Source of the DNA: a virus
IMG/VR virus record: IMGVR_UViG_3300037483_000453
Coordinates: 120,902-184,901 of that record
Length of the DNA stretch: 64,000 bases
Reading direction: 5' to 3' (one strand)
In this document: positions 29,490 to 38,683 of the stretch, piece after piece
Position numbering within the stretch: the stretch's first letter is position 1
How the letters are laid out: each line of letters begins with the position of its first letter
Translations under genes and position numbers: made by a program
The notes under the pieces: generated by a model
The model's input: the letters and a program-made list of their open reading frames with translations, nothing else
Told to the model about the DNA's origin: nothing
Database searches by the model: none

Positions 29490-29506
29490 CACCTTGTACT
29501 GTGGTC

Positions 29507-29800
29507 TCAGCACCATCTAACCTTGCCGTCATCGATCCAGTAGTGGGACTTGCATGGAAGCTGCCAGCTCCCGATCGATGGACTGAGCGACGGTCCTTCC
29601 TCCGACTCACGGAAGGCCCACCTGGTCGGACCCAGAGGTGTCACCACCTCGTTTTCGCAGCCACACGCGCAGAGGTGCACAGCGACGTCGAACTCCTCCG
29701 AGACGTACAAGATGCCAGGCTCCAGCTCCTTCGGCATGTGGTGGACGCGCTGGAGCTTGAGCCTCGTCATCAGCGCCGGGTCGGTCTCACCCTTGTTCAT
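29507..29800 (-). CDS. DUF6527-family protein
   Basis: LEPGILYVS..AVHLCACGC..EVVTPL...PSLSPSIG.W..PCKSHYWI..G.VRW. Confidence 0.8.
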   Translation of the reverse strand: MNKGETDPALMTRLKLQRVHHMPKELEPGILYVSEEFDVAVHLCACGCENEVVTPLGPTRWAFRESEEGPSLSPSIGSWQLPCKSHYWIDDGKVRWC

Positions 29801-30059
29801 TTCCGTTAGCCTTTCTAGAGCTTGAGGTAGAGACCGGTGTGGGCTGTGCTTTGCTGCATGCGGCCCCTTCCCGAACCCGTGTCACCAGGATACCGAGTTG
29901 GTCGTCGTTGATCTTGAAGCAGCGCATGGCACTAGTAGGTGCGATGAGCCAGCTCTCTACGGGGAATAGGCTCGCCATGTGCCGATCACCACCCATTGCG
30001 GCCTGAAGAAGAGCGCAGGCCGGGCGGCATAACTCGGTGTCGAATACTATCTTCGCCAT
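29787..30059 (-). CDS. Hypothetical protein
   Basis: ORF in the minus-strand array. Confidence 0.5.
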   Translation of the reverse strand: MAKIVFDTELCRPACALLQAAMGGDRHMASLFPVESWLIAPTSAMRCFKINDDQLGILVTRVREGAACSKAQPTPVSTSSSRKANGNEQG

Positions 30060-30092
30060 TTTTCAACCGACCCTTCAGTTTTCGGTGGTCGT

Positions 30093-30323
30093 TCACCTTC
30101 GGAGTACTAGCCAGCCATACAGCTGGTCACAAAGGTAGCAGTAGCGAAGCGTAGAGGTTCCTTTTAGGACTCCTTTGCTCCCGCATGATAGGCAGATCGG
30201 GGAGTGGGCGCGCCTTCGTCTTTCCTGGTTTTCTTCTGTTGTTGGGTCGCAGATGGAGCAGTCTGGCAGTCCAATACCTTTGTGATCGCAGCGTCTTTCC
30301 GGTGTGATGTGGTCTGCTGTCAT
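30093..30323 (-). CDS. Small Cys-rich hypothetical protein
   Basis: ATGA overlap; several CxxC pairs. Confidence 0.5.
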   Translation of the reverse strand: MTADHITPERRCDHKGIGLPDCSICDPTTEENQERRRRAHSPICLSCGSKGVLKGTSTLRYCYLCDQLYGWLVLRR

Positions 30324-30529
30324 GGCTGCACCGGCACCAACCACAACCCGCGAGGGGCCTGGTTCATCAGGAAAACCGTGCGGATCGACTCCAGACTCTC
30401 TGTATCCAAGACGATGTGCTGGGCCTGCGCTGCTTCCGCGAAGCTCATCACCAACCAGGGTTCCCCTACTCCTCTCATATACAATATAGGACGACGTTTG
30501 TTCGGAATCGGCCCCGTGTGGGTCATCAT
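30320..30529 (-). CDS. Hypothetical protein
   Basis: Coupled small ORF. Confidence 0.45.
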   Translation of the reverse strand: MMTHTGPIPNKRRPILYMRGVGEPWLVMSFAEAAQAQHIVLDTESLESIRTVFLMNQAPRGLWLVPVQP

Positions 30530-30531
30530 CT

Positions 30532-30714
30532 CTAGTCTCCCTGCGCGCCCTTCAGGCGGTCACGTGCGTAGTTGTTTTCGAAATCCGGAGGCCCTGCGTC
30601 GGCCATGACGATTGCTCGGCATCGCTCGTACTCCTCGATGTCTCCGGGTTGGGCCGGTCGCGCTCCGAGGCGAAGGATCCGTCCGAGTGCAAGGCTTTTG
30701 ATGTCAGTGGTCAT
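30532..30714 (-). CDS. Hypothetical protein
   Basis: ATGA overlap with 30711..31376. Confidence 0.5.
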   Translation of the reverse strand: MTTDIKSLALGRILRLGARPAQPGDIEEYERCRAIVMADAGPPDFENNYARDRLKGAQGD

Positions 30715-31376
30715 TGGGGTGATACCCCGTCTTGGTTTTCTGTACGACAGGCTGTGCGAAGGAGTCGGGCCGTCGCTTCGTGCAGTAGTTCGGTGTGGGA
30801 TGTGGTGTTGATTTCGTCCCCCTCCCAGGAGAGGACGGGCGGGATGTAGGATGGTGCGAGAATGAGGGCGGGTTCCTCTTTCTCAGAGAGGCGTTCTGAG
30901 AGGCAGATGGTGATATCGGTAAGGGAGCTGACCGAGTAGAGGGCTCCGCGACACGGTAGGTAGTTGGATCCCTCCAAGAATCTGTAGGATAGTTGCTTGG
31001 TGGCAAACTCTCCTGGGAGGCGTACTAGCAGGTGTTCGGTCCCTTCTACTCGGTCATTGGCGTATGGGAACGAGTACTTCTCCCATTCTTTCCCTTTGCC
31101 GGGGATGTGCTCGACGTACTCCAGGGCTCCATAGAGGACTGTTGAGCGCACGTCGAATCGCTGATTACGAATGTTGCCGGACTTTTTGATGCCTGGTTGG
31201 ATGAGTGACGGAGAGTAGATCTGTATCGAGACCTCGTAGCCACCCTCCAGGATAGGGGCGTGTAGTACGCCGATGCCGTAGTAGCGCCAGTGAAGGCGGG
31301 ATAGAAGGCGCGCAGTTACGACCTGCGTAGCGCGTATGTTTGTGACTTCTTTGGGTATTGTCATATTAGGCTCCAT
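30711..31376 (-). CDS. Hypothetical protein
   Basis: 221-aa ORF; start may be 31364. Confidence 0.5.
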   Translation of the reverse strand: MEPNMTIPKEVTNIRATQVVTARLLSRLHWRYYGIGVLHAPILEGGYEVSIQIYSPSLIQPGIKKSGNIRNQRFDVRSTVLYGALEYVEHIPGKGKEWEKYSFPYANDRVEGTEHLLVRLPGEFATKQLSYRFLEGSNYLPCRGALYSVSSLTDITICLSERLSEKEEPALILAPSYIPPVLSWEGDEINTTSHTELLHEATARLLRTACRTENQDGVSPQ

Positions 31377-31615
31377 GCACCGAATCGCTCAATCTCGAAT
31401 AGCCGCTTGCACTCTTTCTCTCGTTCGACATCGTCATGGATGCCTATTGCCTTTTCGAGAGCGGCAGCAATCGCAGGGGTTTCATATGGGCGATGCTTCT
31501 TGTAGAGGCGTACATTAGTGTTCTTTTTCCGTGGGTTGGCCTGGAGATATGCCTCACGACAGTAGCGGGCCATGAGGCTGTGAGCCTTCTTTTCCCATGG
31601 GGTGTTAATTGTCAT
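31361..31615 (-). CDS. Hypothetical protein
   Basis: Overlapping ORF after GGAG. Confidence 0.55.
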   Translation of the reverse strand: MTINTPWEKKAHSLMARYCREAYLQANPRKKNTNVRLYKKHRPYETPAIAAALEKAIGIHDDVEREKECKRLFEIERFGAWSLI

Positions 31616-32327
31616 TGCTACGCTCTTTCTTGGTTGAGCTACGGACGCCCATCACCACGTCCTCACCACACTCGACGCATGGCTTTGAGTCCCCAAGTTT
31701 CAGCAAGAGCACCTCAAGGACGCGGTCGAGGTGCTCCTGCGGCCACCAGCCGTCAGCCCCGCAGTCCACCATCTTCTCTCCGTCGGACCGGACGATACGA
31801 CGGCCTGGGACGTGGGAGGCGCAGAAGGCTGCATCTTGGATGGTGGCGTGTGTGTAGCCGCAGGGCCCCACCAGGTGGTCATAACATGCGTACGTCAGGT
31901 CTACGGAAACCTTGTCACGCAGCTCGCCCGCGAACTGGTCAACATCAATCCCGAGAGACTCGGCCGCCTCACCAGGCTCCTCCGCGACAACCTCCTCATC
32001 CAAGGCGTCGAACAGGGCGTCGTCGAAGTTCTTCTTGTCGGAGGATGCCGTCATTTCGTCCACTCCTTCATCTGAATTATGGTTGCTCATGTCTCTCAGT
32101 ACGTCCACTAGCTTGCGCAACGCTTCGGTCACCGCACCGCGTTCGGTATCCGCCCACGAGTACATTTTGTAGCCGTATGCCTGGGCATAGCAGTAGTACT
32201 CGTCGCCTCCGTATTCGACTCCTAGTGTTAGAGGGACCGATTTGGGGATTACCATCGTGGCGCGCTCTTTCCAGTAGTCACGCTCTACGCGCATTTCATT
32301 CAACTCAACTTCCGTGTAGTCCTTCAT
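31605..32327 (-). CDS. Hypothetical protein, possibly a multi-module fusion
   Basis: AAAGGTG RBS before MKDYTEV; modules of differing composition. Confidence 0.5.
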   Translation of the reverse strand: MKDYTEVELNEMRVERDYWKERATMVIPKSVPLTLGVEYGGDEYYCYAQAYGYKMYSWADTERGAVTEALRKLVDVLRDMSNHNSDEGVDEMTASSDKKNFDDALFDALDEEVVAEEPGEAAESLGIDVDQFAGELRDKVSVDLTYACYDHLVGPCGYTHATIQDAAFCASHVPGRRIVRSDGEKMVDCGADGWWPQEHLDRVLEVLLLKLGDSKPCVECGEDVVMGVRSSTKKERSNDN

Positions 32328-32358
32328 CACTTCACCTTTCCTTGGCCATCCATAGCGT

Positions 32359-32553
32359 TCACCGATCGTGCTCCAAGTGCGACGGCTCACACGCTTGCGA
32401 GGTATTGCCGTGACAGTGGTTGAACTTGACGAACACGTACTTCTCGTTGGTGCTCGTCACTCGGCCGTATTCAGCAAGAGCCGTGTATCGATCGCGGTAA
32501 ATGACCTTGTCGCCTGGGTGGAAATCTCTGGTACCTGGTGGGGAGTCATTCAT
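32359..32553 (-). CDS. Small SH3/KOW-like barrel protein
   Basis: FHPGDKVIY...GRVTSTNEKYVFVKF. Confidence 0.55.
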   Translation of the reverse strand: MNDSPPGTRDFHPGDKVIYRDRYTALAEYGRVTSTNEKYVFVKFNHCHGNTSQACEPSHLEHDR

Positions 32554-33013
32554 CACTCTGGCCTCTCTCCGTGTGGAGCATCCCAGACCCGTGACATAGC
32601 CGGCAGCGAAATGGATCTGCGCCACACGCGACGCGAACGGCCTCGCCGGATGTGAGGTCGCGCCACTTACCGACATAGTCGACCTCGGTCTCCTCGGGAT
32701 GTTCCCAGTTCCCCCGGGACTCCACGATGCGCCCCTCCCACACACGTAGTCCTCCGTTGCGACCCCGCTCTGGGCCGAGGAAGGCGCCCTCCAGTTCTCC
32801 GGAGGTCCAGACATCCCCCGCGTCAATACCTCCCTCCTCCATGCCGAGGCGTAGGCCACAACTCGCCGTGACGACCACTGCGCCATTGCCGACAGCAGAC
32901 ATTGCGATGACCGCGCGCTGTGGTCCGCCCACGCCGGGGCAAAGATCGGCGGGGCGTGCAGGATCCCGAAACAGGCCTTCCAGGCCGCAGGATGTCTCAG
33001 CTGTGTTGCTCAT
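32546..33013 (-). CDS. Hypothetical protein
   Basis: GAGG RBS; ATGA overlap. Confidence 0.45.
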   Translation of the reverse strand: MSNTAETSCGLEGLFRDPARPADLCPGVGGPQRAVIAMSAVGNGAVVVTASCGLRLGMEEGGIDAGDVWTSGELEGAFLGPERGRNGGLRVWEGRIVESRGNWEHPEETEVDYVGKWRDLTSGEAVRVACGADPFRCRLCHGSGMLHTERGQSDE

Positions 33014-33324
33014 AAGACCTCGCTTTCAACTTCCGCATTTGCTCTGCCTAGCTGCGCCCAATCTAATGCGTCTTGCCCCGCCAGGCGCCTCCCGCCCACA
33101 AACTGGACATAGGCCTCGTCGATATGACCGTGGCCACAACAGGCGTTCACGACGCCATCTAGAACACCCAAGCAAGGGTCGTGCCCCTCCGCGGTCCGAG
33201 GCTCATGGCACTTGCCGCACGGGCGGTCGTTTCCGGCAGTGGGCTCATCGTTGTCCGCGTACCGCCAGATCCATCCACCAGCAGCATCAAGCCAAATGGT
33301 GTGGCCTCGAAGGTGGTGGATCAC
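33010..33324 (-). CDS. CCGHG-motif Cys/His-rich protein
   Basis: GTGA overlap; RPCGKC...GHDPCLG..VVNACCGHG. Confidence 0.6.
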   Translation of the reverse strand: MIHHLRGHTIWLDAAGGWIWRYADNDEPTAGNDRPCGKCHEPRTAEGHDPCLGVLDGVVNACCGHGHIDEAYVQFVGGRRLAGQDALDWAQLGRANAEVESEVL

Positions 33325-33950
33325 CTCCGCCTCTCGACAACGCGCTTGGCCATCCACTCCCAGTACTGGTTCAGGAGCTTCCATTGGCAGACCTGCCAAC
33401 CACGCTCCGGGTCGTGCTCCAGGAGGAGGAGTGCCGCCTTGTTCTGGTCCTCGCCCTGCTCGAGGACGGCGGACGGCGGGCCCTTGCCGTGCCCGCAGCA
33501 CGAGGAGGCCGTCCAGATCTTGTGCTTCCAGAGCATCTCGATCTGTTCGGCGATGCAGGCGTCGACTGCAACTTGACGCGCCGGAGCGTCCCACGCGAAG
33601 TACTCGTTCGGATCCATGATGACCTGCGGCACCGTTCCGAACTGCCCGTTGTAGGAGAAGCAGTCGCACTTCCTCGGCGGCTTGGGCGCGGGGACCGGAA
33701 GATGGGTGTGGATGTCGCACACCTCGCAACCCGGCAATCCGCTCCCTTCGTGAGTGCGTTCCCCGAGATTCATCATGGCGTTCGCCTCGTCCAGCAGAGC
33801 CATCATCCGGCCTTGCAACTTCGGCTGACGAACGTCGAAGAACACACAACCGTGGTCCGTCTCGTGCCGATCGCGTGGCTCATGATCAGCACGCAGGATG
33901 CACGGCGAGTCATGGTCGCATTTCTTCCCGCAGCCGGTGTCTGGATTCAT
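33321..33950 (-). CDS. CCGHG-motif Cys/His-rich protein
   Basis: GGAGG RBS; VDACIA..LW..IWTASSCCGHG. Confidence 0.6.
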   Translation of the reverse strand: MNPDTGCGKKCDHDSPCILRADHEPRDRHETDHGCVFFDVRQPKLQGRMMALLDEANAMMNLGERTHEGSGLPGCEVCDIHTHLPVPAPKPPRKCDCFSYNGQFGTVPQVIMDPNEYFAWDAPARQVAVDACIAEQIEMLWKHKIWTASSCCGHGKGPPSAVLEQGEDQNKAALLLLEHDPERGWQVCQWKLLNQYWEWMAKRVVERRR

Positions 33951-34100
33951 TCTGGCTACCTCCTAGTAGTTGGTGACGACGACTTCGGTGACGCGGCCGC
34001 GCTTGCTCGCCAGGCAGTGCTCGACCATCGCGATAGTCAGGACTACCGCAAAGCTGAACGCCACTATTGCGACGCGTACTGTTCGTGCTCCAGTCACGGC

Positions 34101-34262
34101 TCAATGGTCCCCTGGAGCGTCAGGATGGATTGGACAGAGGCTGTCGGGATGCACATGTGGCCGGCCTGAGAGGGAGCAAGCCGTGTCCGGATCTTCTGCG
34201 CAGTCGATAATACAACGACAGTCAAGCTCATCGTAGTATTTCATATACTCATATTCAAACAT
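34101..34262 (-). CDS. Small Cys/His-rich protein
   Basis: AGGAGA RBS; MFEYEYMKYY. Confidence 0.45.
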   Translation of the reverse strand: MFEYEYMKYYDELDCRCIIDCAEDPDTACSLSGRPHVHPDSLCPIHPDAPGDH

Positions 34263-34470
34263 CAGGTTTCTCCTGGATCCTTGCAACGGCACCGCCCAAT
34301 ATCAGTACCTTCATATCGTTGTGGGAGAATCCGTACAGTGGCCGGCCACCATCTGCCGCTGCACCCACGAGCTCGTAGCCATCGCGTATTCGGGAGTAGC
34401 CGGCTCGAACTTCCCACCCACACGCTCGTAAAGTGCGCTCCGCACTCTCCGCTCGATCTTTTGTCATCAT
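34255..34470 (-). CDS. Hypothetical protein
   Basis: ATGA overlap. Confidence 0.5.
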   Translation of the reverse strand: MMTKDRAESAERTLRACGWEVRAGYSRIRDGYELVGAAADGGRPLYGFSHNDMKVLILGGAVARIQEKPDV

Positions 34471-34730
34471 TGTTCAGCTATCCTTTGTACGCCGTTAGCG
34501 CGAGACATACCGAGCCCATAGACCGCCTTAGTCAGACAGGTAGTCCCCCAGCCATCGTTGCCCCTCCAGGCGGGGTCCGGGCAGCCGACCAGGCCGGCTA
34601 GCCCGCGTCGCACTATGAGGCTATCCACAGCCTGCGTGAGTGTCTGTTTGTGATCCTTCATCTCGCCCGGTGGCTGCCGACTCTCTACTTCGATGTAGTT
34701 TGGCATTTTATCTTTGTTACTTATACCCAC
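34467..34730 (-). CDS. Hypothetical protein
   Basis: GGAGG RBS before GTG. Confidence 0.45.
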   Translation of the reverse strand: MGISNKDKMPNYIEVESRQPPGEMKDHKQTLTQAVDSLIVRRGLAGLVGCPDPAWRGNDGWGTTCLTKAVYGLGMSRANGVQRIAEQ

Positions 34731-34790
34731 GGTATGTCCTCCAGATCGTAGCGAACAAAATCAACCACCCTAGCAGTGACCACCAAAACA

Positions 34791-35369
34791 CTACTCGAAC
34801 TCCCGGTCGAGATAGTCAGCTAGTTCTTTCCTTTTTCTATCCATCTTATCTCCGATTCTTCGCGCCCGTAGCTGGTACGCACGCCATGCGCGTGTGTCAA
34901 CACACATCTTGCGTGGGCGAAGGCACCCACGCTTTGTCAGCCAGTTCTTTCGTATGGCCAGTTGAACAGACTCGCGCCAATAATCCCTACGCAGGAATGC
35001 ATCACTGATCCCAATGTCCCCTTGCTCTCCATACAGTGAGTAGCCTGCAAAGGTCGCCCTACACAGTTCATACTCTGAAGGAACTAAACGCTGCATCAGC
35101 CTCCACTGCACAGGCATCAATATCTTCTCGCTGTGGAGGGAATTGGGGCCTACTAACGCGTGACACAGTTCGTGGAGCACAGCATCATGGTAGCTAAACC
35201 CCTGCAGGTATCCAATGCTCAGGTCCCCGGTTACCGCATGTTGTAGTAAGTGGGCTCCACCGGGTATATCATCCCCAACAAGCTTCCACTGCATGCCGCG
35301 TCGTGGCCGTACAGGTAGATACTGCCTAGCCAGTTTCAGAACGGTAGTCAGCCGGTTTTGTTGTGTCAT
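34791..35369 (-). CDS. HExxH putative zinc metallopeptidase-like protein (paralog of 57683..58183)
   Basis: VLHELCHALVG; GGAG RBS. Confidence 0.65.
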   Translation of the reverse strand: MTQQNRLTTVLKLARQYLPVRPRRGMQWKLVGDDIPGGAHLLQHAVTGDLSIGYLQGFSYHDAVLHELCHALVGPNSLHSEKILMPVQWRLMQRLVPSEYELCRATFAGYSLYGEQGDIGISDAFLRRDYWRESVQLAIRKNWLTKRGCLRPRKMCVDTRAWRAYQLRARRIGDKMDRKRKELADYLDREFE

Positions 35370-35742
35370 CTTTTCTCCGCTTCTCGTCGCCCTGACCAGA
35401 GTTGCCTAGGAGTTCGGAGGCTTCTTCATTTGAGATCAGGGGCAATCGGGCAATCTCTTCAGGGGGTTTTTCACCCCACTCTTCCACATACTCGAGGCCA
35501 CAATCCAACTTCTCCTCCGGCCACATATCCCCTGGGGATAGCCCGCGCAGGTGCTCGTGGGTTTTTTGGCAGGCACCGCAGCGTTTTACGGTCTTGGCCG
35601 TAGAGTCCCACACCATGCTCACCCGCATGTAGAGCTGCCCAGGCGCGATAGTCCGCTTGCAGGCGTCACAATGGTGGTGTTTACGCGCTTTGGTGACGTG
35701 CTCTGAGTACACGCTGTATCGTTCGTCAGTATAGTAACTCAT
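35326..35742 (-). CDS. Zn-binding phage protein
   Basis: KARKHHHCDACKRTI..G..Y...CGAC. Confidence 0.6.
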   Translation of the reverse strand: MSYYTDERYSVYSEHVTKARKHHHCDACKRTIAPGQLYMRVSMVWDSTAKTVKRCGACQKTHEHLRGLSPGDMWPEEKLDCGLEYVEEWGEKPPEEIARLPLISNEEASELLGNSGQGDEKRRKDDTTKPADYRSETG

Positions 35743-35754
35743 TGGTCTAGTTGC

Positions 35755-36237
35755 TTATACGCTCGTTGGTCCGCCGCATATCCTCTTCTTCCAGTCTTCT
35801 ACTAAATGCCGTGACTCCAGTGCGGCGGTTACCCAGTCAACATCATGTTCGTGGCACCTTACGCGGTGTATCCTATTGGTAGTGTCAATCACCCACACAT
35901 ATTTGCTGTTTCGACGCATTCGCTGAGTGTAAAACCTATCGCCAGCCATACCGTGGTCTCCTATGAGGTTTTCGCGAACAACCACATCTGTGTCCTTTTT
36001 GGCTCTGGCTAGCAGGATGCCTCGTGCCCACACCGTATCGCGTTCACCAGCGCACCTTGCTGCCCGGGCGATGTCATCCCGTTCGGATTTGGTAAGGCGC
36101 AGCGCGAACACCACATCTCTGTCCTTGCTTTTTGATTTCATGATGATGTCCTTAGGGGCCACGGCTTCGTTCCAGGCTTGGAAAGCTTGCGAGCGTGTAC
36201 CACCAACGAGAGGAGGTTCTATCTTTGTTTTGGCCAT
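35755..36237 (-). CDS. Hypothetical protein with RHH-like segment
   Basis: VVFALRLTKSERDDIARAA; GGAG RBS. Confidence 0.5.
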   Translation of the reverse strand: MAKTKIEPPLVGGTRSQAFQAWNEAVAPKDIIMKSKSKDRDVVFALRLTKSERDDIARAARCAGERDTVWARGILLARAKKDTDVVVRENLIGDHGMAGDRFYTQRMRRNSKYVWVIDTTNRIHRVRCHEHDVDWVTAALESRHLVEDWKKRICGGPTSV

Positions 36238-36379
36238 GTGTAGCTCTCCCTGTGCTCACTTTGACTCTGGGTAAGCTCAGTGTCTTTCAACCAACCCGCC
36301 TTCGGCAGCGATCCTTAGTGCCAGGTGCAGTGGCTCACCTTCGTCCGAAACCGCTGCTGCTGATATCCCGGACATGTAG

Positions 36380-36700
36380 TCACTCGGCTCCGAAGACTGA
36401 CGCGCGATGACCGTGGGGTGCCCACTTTGACCACAGTAGTACAGGTCGCAACCAAGTCCGTGGGGCCAAGAAACGACAGCAATCCGAGTCATGCTTGAAG
36501 CGCGGCGTGCGAACGCTCTCCAAGCCGTCCTGGAGATAGAGCCGCAGTAGCCATGGGAGCTGGACGTCGATGGTCCTCGGGTCGATCTCATCGGGCACGA
36601 TTTGTGTGTCATCGACGTTCACGTCATCTGGAATGTCGCCTCTCTCTTGGAGTTTCCGCAGAAAGTCCACCGTAGCCGCGCGCATGTGCGTGTGCGTCAC
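36380..36700 (-). CDS. Hypothetical protein
   Basis: ORF in array. Confidence 0.5.
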   Translation of the reverse strand: MTHTHMRAATVDFLRKLQERGDIPDDVNVDDTQIVPDEIDPRTIDVQLPWLLRLYLQDGLESVRTPRFKHDSDCCRFLAPRTWLRPVLLWSKWAPHGHRASVFGAE

Positions 36701-36798
36701 AACGGTTGTTTTGACGCCTGGGGAAAGGCATGCGAGAGATGTGTTTCAATCGCTCGATGTACCCTGTCACCACTCTTGTTTTTAGTCATTGTTCCCTC

Positions 36799-37104
36799 CT
36801 ACAGCATGTCTTTTGGCTGTATGGTCTCTGGACCAGACTCGTCCCAACCTCGTCGTGTCATCTCTGCGCCATCGCATATTCCGCACCGCATCTCAGCTAT
36901 CGGCCGTACGATGGCTTGACCATCCGATCGCGCGATGAAGACACGCCCGCAGAGTGATATGTAGCGAGCCGTCTTGCCGCTGCGGAGCTTGAAGCGGTCT
37001 GGCTCAGCCAGGTTCTTGAAACAATGCCACAGCGCACATGGATCCCCATCAGCGAGTAGCCCTGGTCGACGCCAGTAGAGCTTGTCTCTGAATCCGCTAC
37101 TCAT
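36799..37104 (-). CDS. Cys-containing hypothetical protein
   Basis: ATGA overlap; SLCG...RCGICD. Confidence 0.55.
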   Translation of the reverse strand: MSSGFRDKLYWRRPGLLADGDPCALWHCFKNLAEPDRFKLRSGKTARYISLCGRVFIARSDGQAIVRPIAEMRCGICDGAEMTRRGWDESGPETIQPKDML

Positions 37105-37538
37105 TTCAGGCAGCGCGGTAGGTAACGCTTAGCCCACCCTGGCGGCGCATCCGATGTCTCGCTCTGTGCTCCCAGGGAACTCTTGATTGAGTCGAGCAAC
37201 TCGCCCCGGCGCTCGGCCGTCTGCCGGAACGAGTCGGCCGCCTGGCGCGCCTTGTGGAGGCGGTACACCAGCATGTCTACCGGATTATGGTCCGGGTCTA
37301 CCGGCTCAACCCCAATAGCGTCCGCTGCAACACCGCAGCCGACACACAGCGCGATGTGCTTCTCGGCCGCCTCCAAGTTGTAGACGCCCGCCTTTGTGAT
37401 GTCATGGGTGGGGCCGCTCCAATCCCAACCGTACCAGTACCAGATCTCCTGGATGCCCCTGTGGTTGGGTTTCCAACAGACACGGACTTTGTACGGGGTC
37501 CACTCCTCGATCAATCGATCGATATCGCTGGTTATCAT
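37101..37538 (-). CDS. Hypothetical protein
   Basis: GGAGG RBS; ATGA overlap. Confidence 0.55.
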   Translation of the reverse strand: MITSDIDRLIEEWTPYKVRVCWKPNHRGIQEIWYWYGWDWSGPTHDITKAGVYNLEAAEKHIALCVGCGVAADAIGVEPVDPDHNPVDMLVYRLHKARQAADSFRQTAERRGELLDSIKSSLGAQSETSDAPPGWAKRYLPRCLK

Positions 37539-37951
37539 GGCACCTCCCTGAAGATCTCTTGCAACGAGATCATGTCGTTCTCCGCTCCCGCGCGACGCAG
37601 CCGGTGGGCAACCGCCCAACCCTTGTTGGTCATCCTGACATTCTGGGGGAGTGAGGGTTTGGACGGCCATTCCAGCAGACCAGCTGCCTTGAGGTCATAG
37701 AGGCAGTCCCAGTCGTCGTGATCGTATAGCTCGGACCCGTCCGCCAGACGCGTCGGGTATGCCCCGCCGCTTAGGGCAGCCGGGTGCGACCGTGTGGGAT
37801 GCGAACGCATGTGCTGGGGTGCGACGGCCCCCTTGTAGTCCACACACCGGGTTTCGATGTAGAGCAGCGTGATGATGTGGTCCTTACCCCACAACTCCAC
37901 CGGGACCGGGTTGCCGTCGTGTTTTACAACCATGTTCTCCTCCTCTTGCAT
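37535..37951 (-). CDS. Hypothetical phage protein
   Basis: WGKDH...LLYIETRCVD...HDDWDCLYDL core. Confidence 0.6.
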   Translation of the reverse strand: MQEEENMVVKHDGNPVPVELWGKDHIITLLYIETRCVDYKGAVAPQHMRSHPTRSHPAALSGGAYPTRLADGSELYDHDDWDCLYDLKAAGLLEWPSKPSLPQNVRMTNKGWAVAHRLRRAGAENDMISLQEIFREVP

Positions 37952-37990
37952 GATGCGCTTGGTGTGCCCCGTTGATCTCCAGCCACATCT

Positions 37991-38683
37991 CTACTCGGCG
38001 GACGCTAGTAGCAGCCTGTGGAGCGCTATCGACAACGCTTCGTCCCCAATATCACAACCCCAGAACCGGCGATCGAGGTTCATCGCGGCCACGCCCGTGC
38101 TACCCGAACCACAGAACGGGTCGATGACGAGCTCGCCGACTGCGCTACTCTGTCGGATAAGGATCTCACTGACCTCGACCGGCTTCTCCGTCGGGTAGCC
38201 CTTGTGGACGCGCGGCGCCTCAATGATGTCTGGCACGCCAAGGTTATTGAGTTTCCGCTTGCCCTTCTCGAAAAACAGAATCATCTCGTACCGGGCGCGG
38301 TAGTGGTAGCCCATGCCGATCTTCCGCTTGTCCCAGATCAATGGCTTCCAGAAGCGGAACCCCGCCTCTTCTGCGAGCGGCTTTGCGACGAACATGGTCT
38401 CTTGGTCACAGAACATGTAGAAGTGAGTGTTCTTTTTGAGCACACGCCAAACCTCCCTGAACAGTTCGGGAAACCTATCGTTCGGAAAGATGGCGAACCA
38501 GTCGTTGCTGGACGACTTGCTGTGTTTGAGGCGCGTGGTGGTACCAATCTTCCGATGCTTCTCCAGTGACTCGTACGGGGGATCGGTGATGAGGAGATCG
38601 ACCGAGGCGTCGGGCAGACTGCGAAGCATGTCGACCGCGTCGGCTTGATGGAGGCTGAAGCTGGGATTTATGATGAGTACCAT
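37991..38683 (-). CDS. DNA amino-methyltransferase (N6-A/N4-C, beta class)
   Basis: TDPPY, YPTEKP, DPFCGSGST motifs in beta order. Confidence 0.92.
   Translation of the reverse strand: MVLIINPSFSLHQADAVDMLRSLPDASVDLLITDPPYESLEKHRKIGTTTRLKHSKSSSNDWFAIFPNDRFPELFREVWRVLKKNTHFYMFCDQETMFVAKPLAEEAGFRFWKPLIWDKRKIGMGYHYRARYEMILFFEKGKRKLNNLGVPDIIEAPRVHKGYPTEKPVEVSEILIRQSSAVGELVIDPFCGSGSTGVAAMNLDRRFWGCDIGDEALSIALHRLLLASAE

Noticed and set aside
31436-34169. Long + strand ORFs 31436..32413 and 32727..34169, and the full-length minus ORF 33010..33849
   Set aside because: Arg/Pro-rich shadow frames in GC-rich DNA, overlapping RBS-bearing minus-strand genes.
34844-34850. Additional GATAAGA copy
   Set aside because: Inside a CDS and lacks the downstream RTG; not counted in the motif set.
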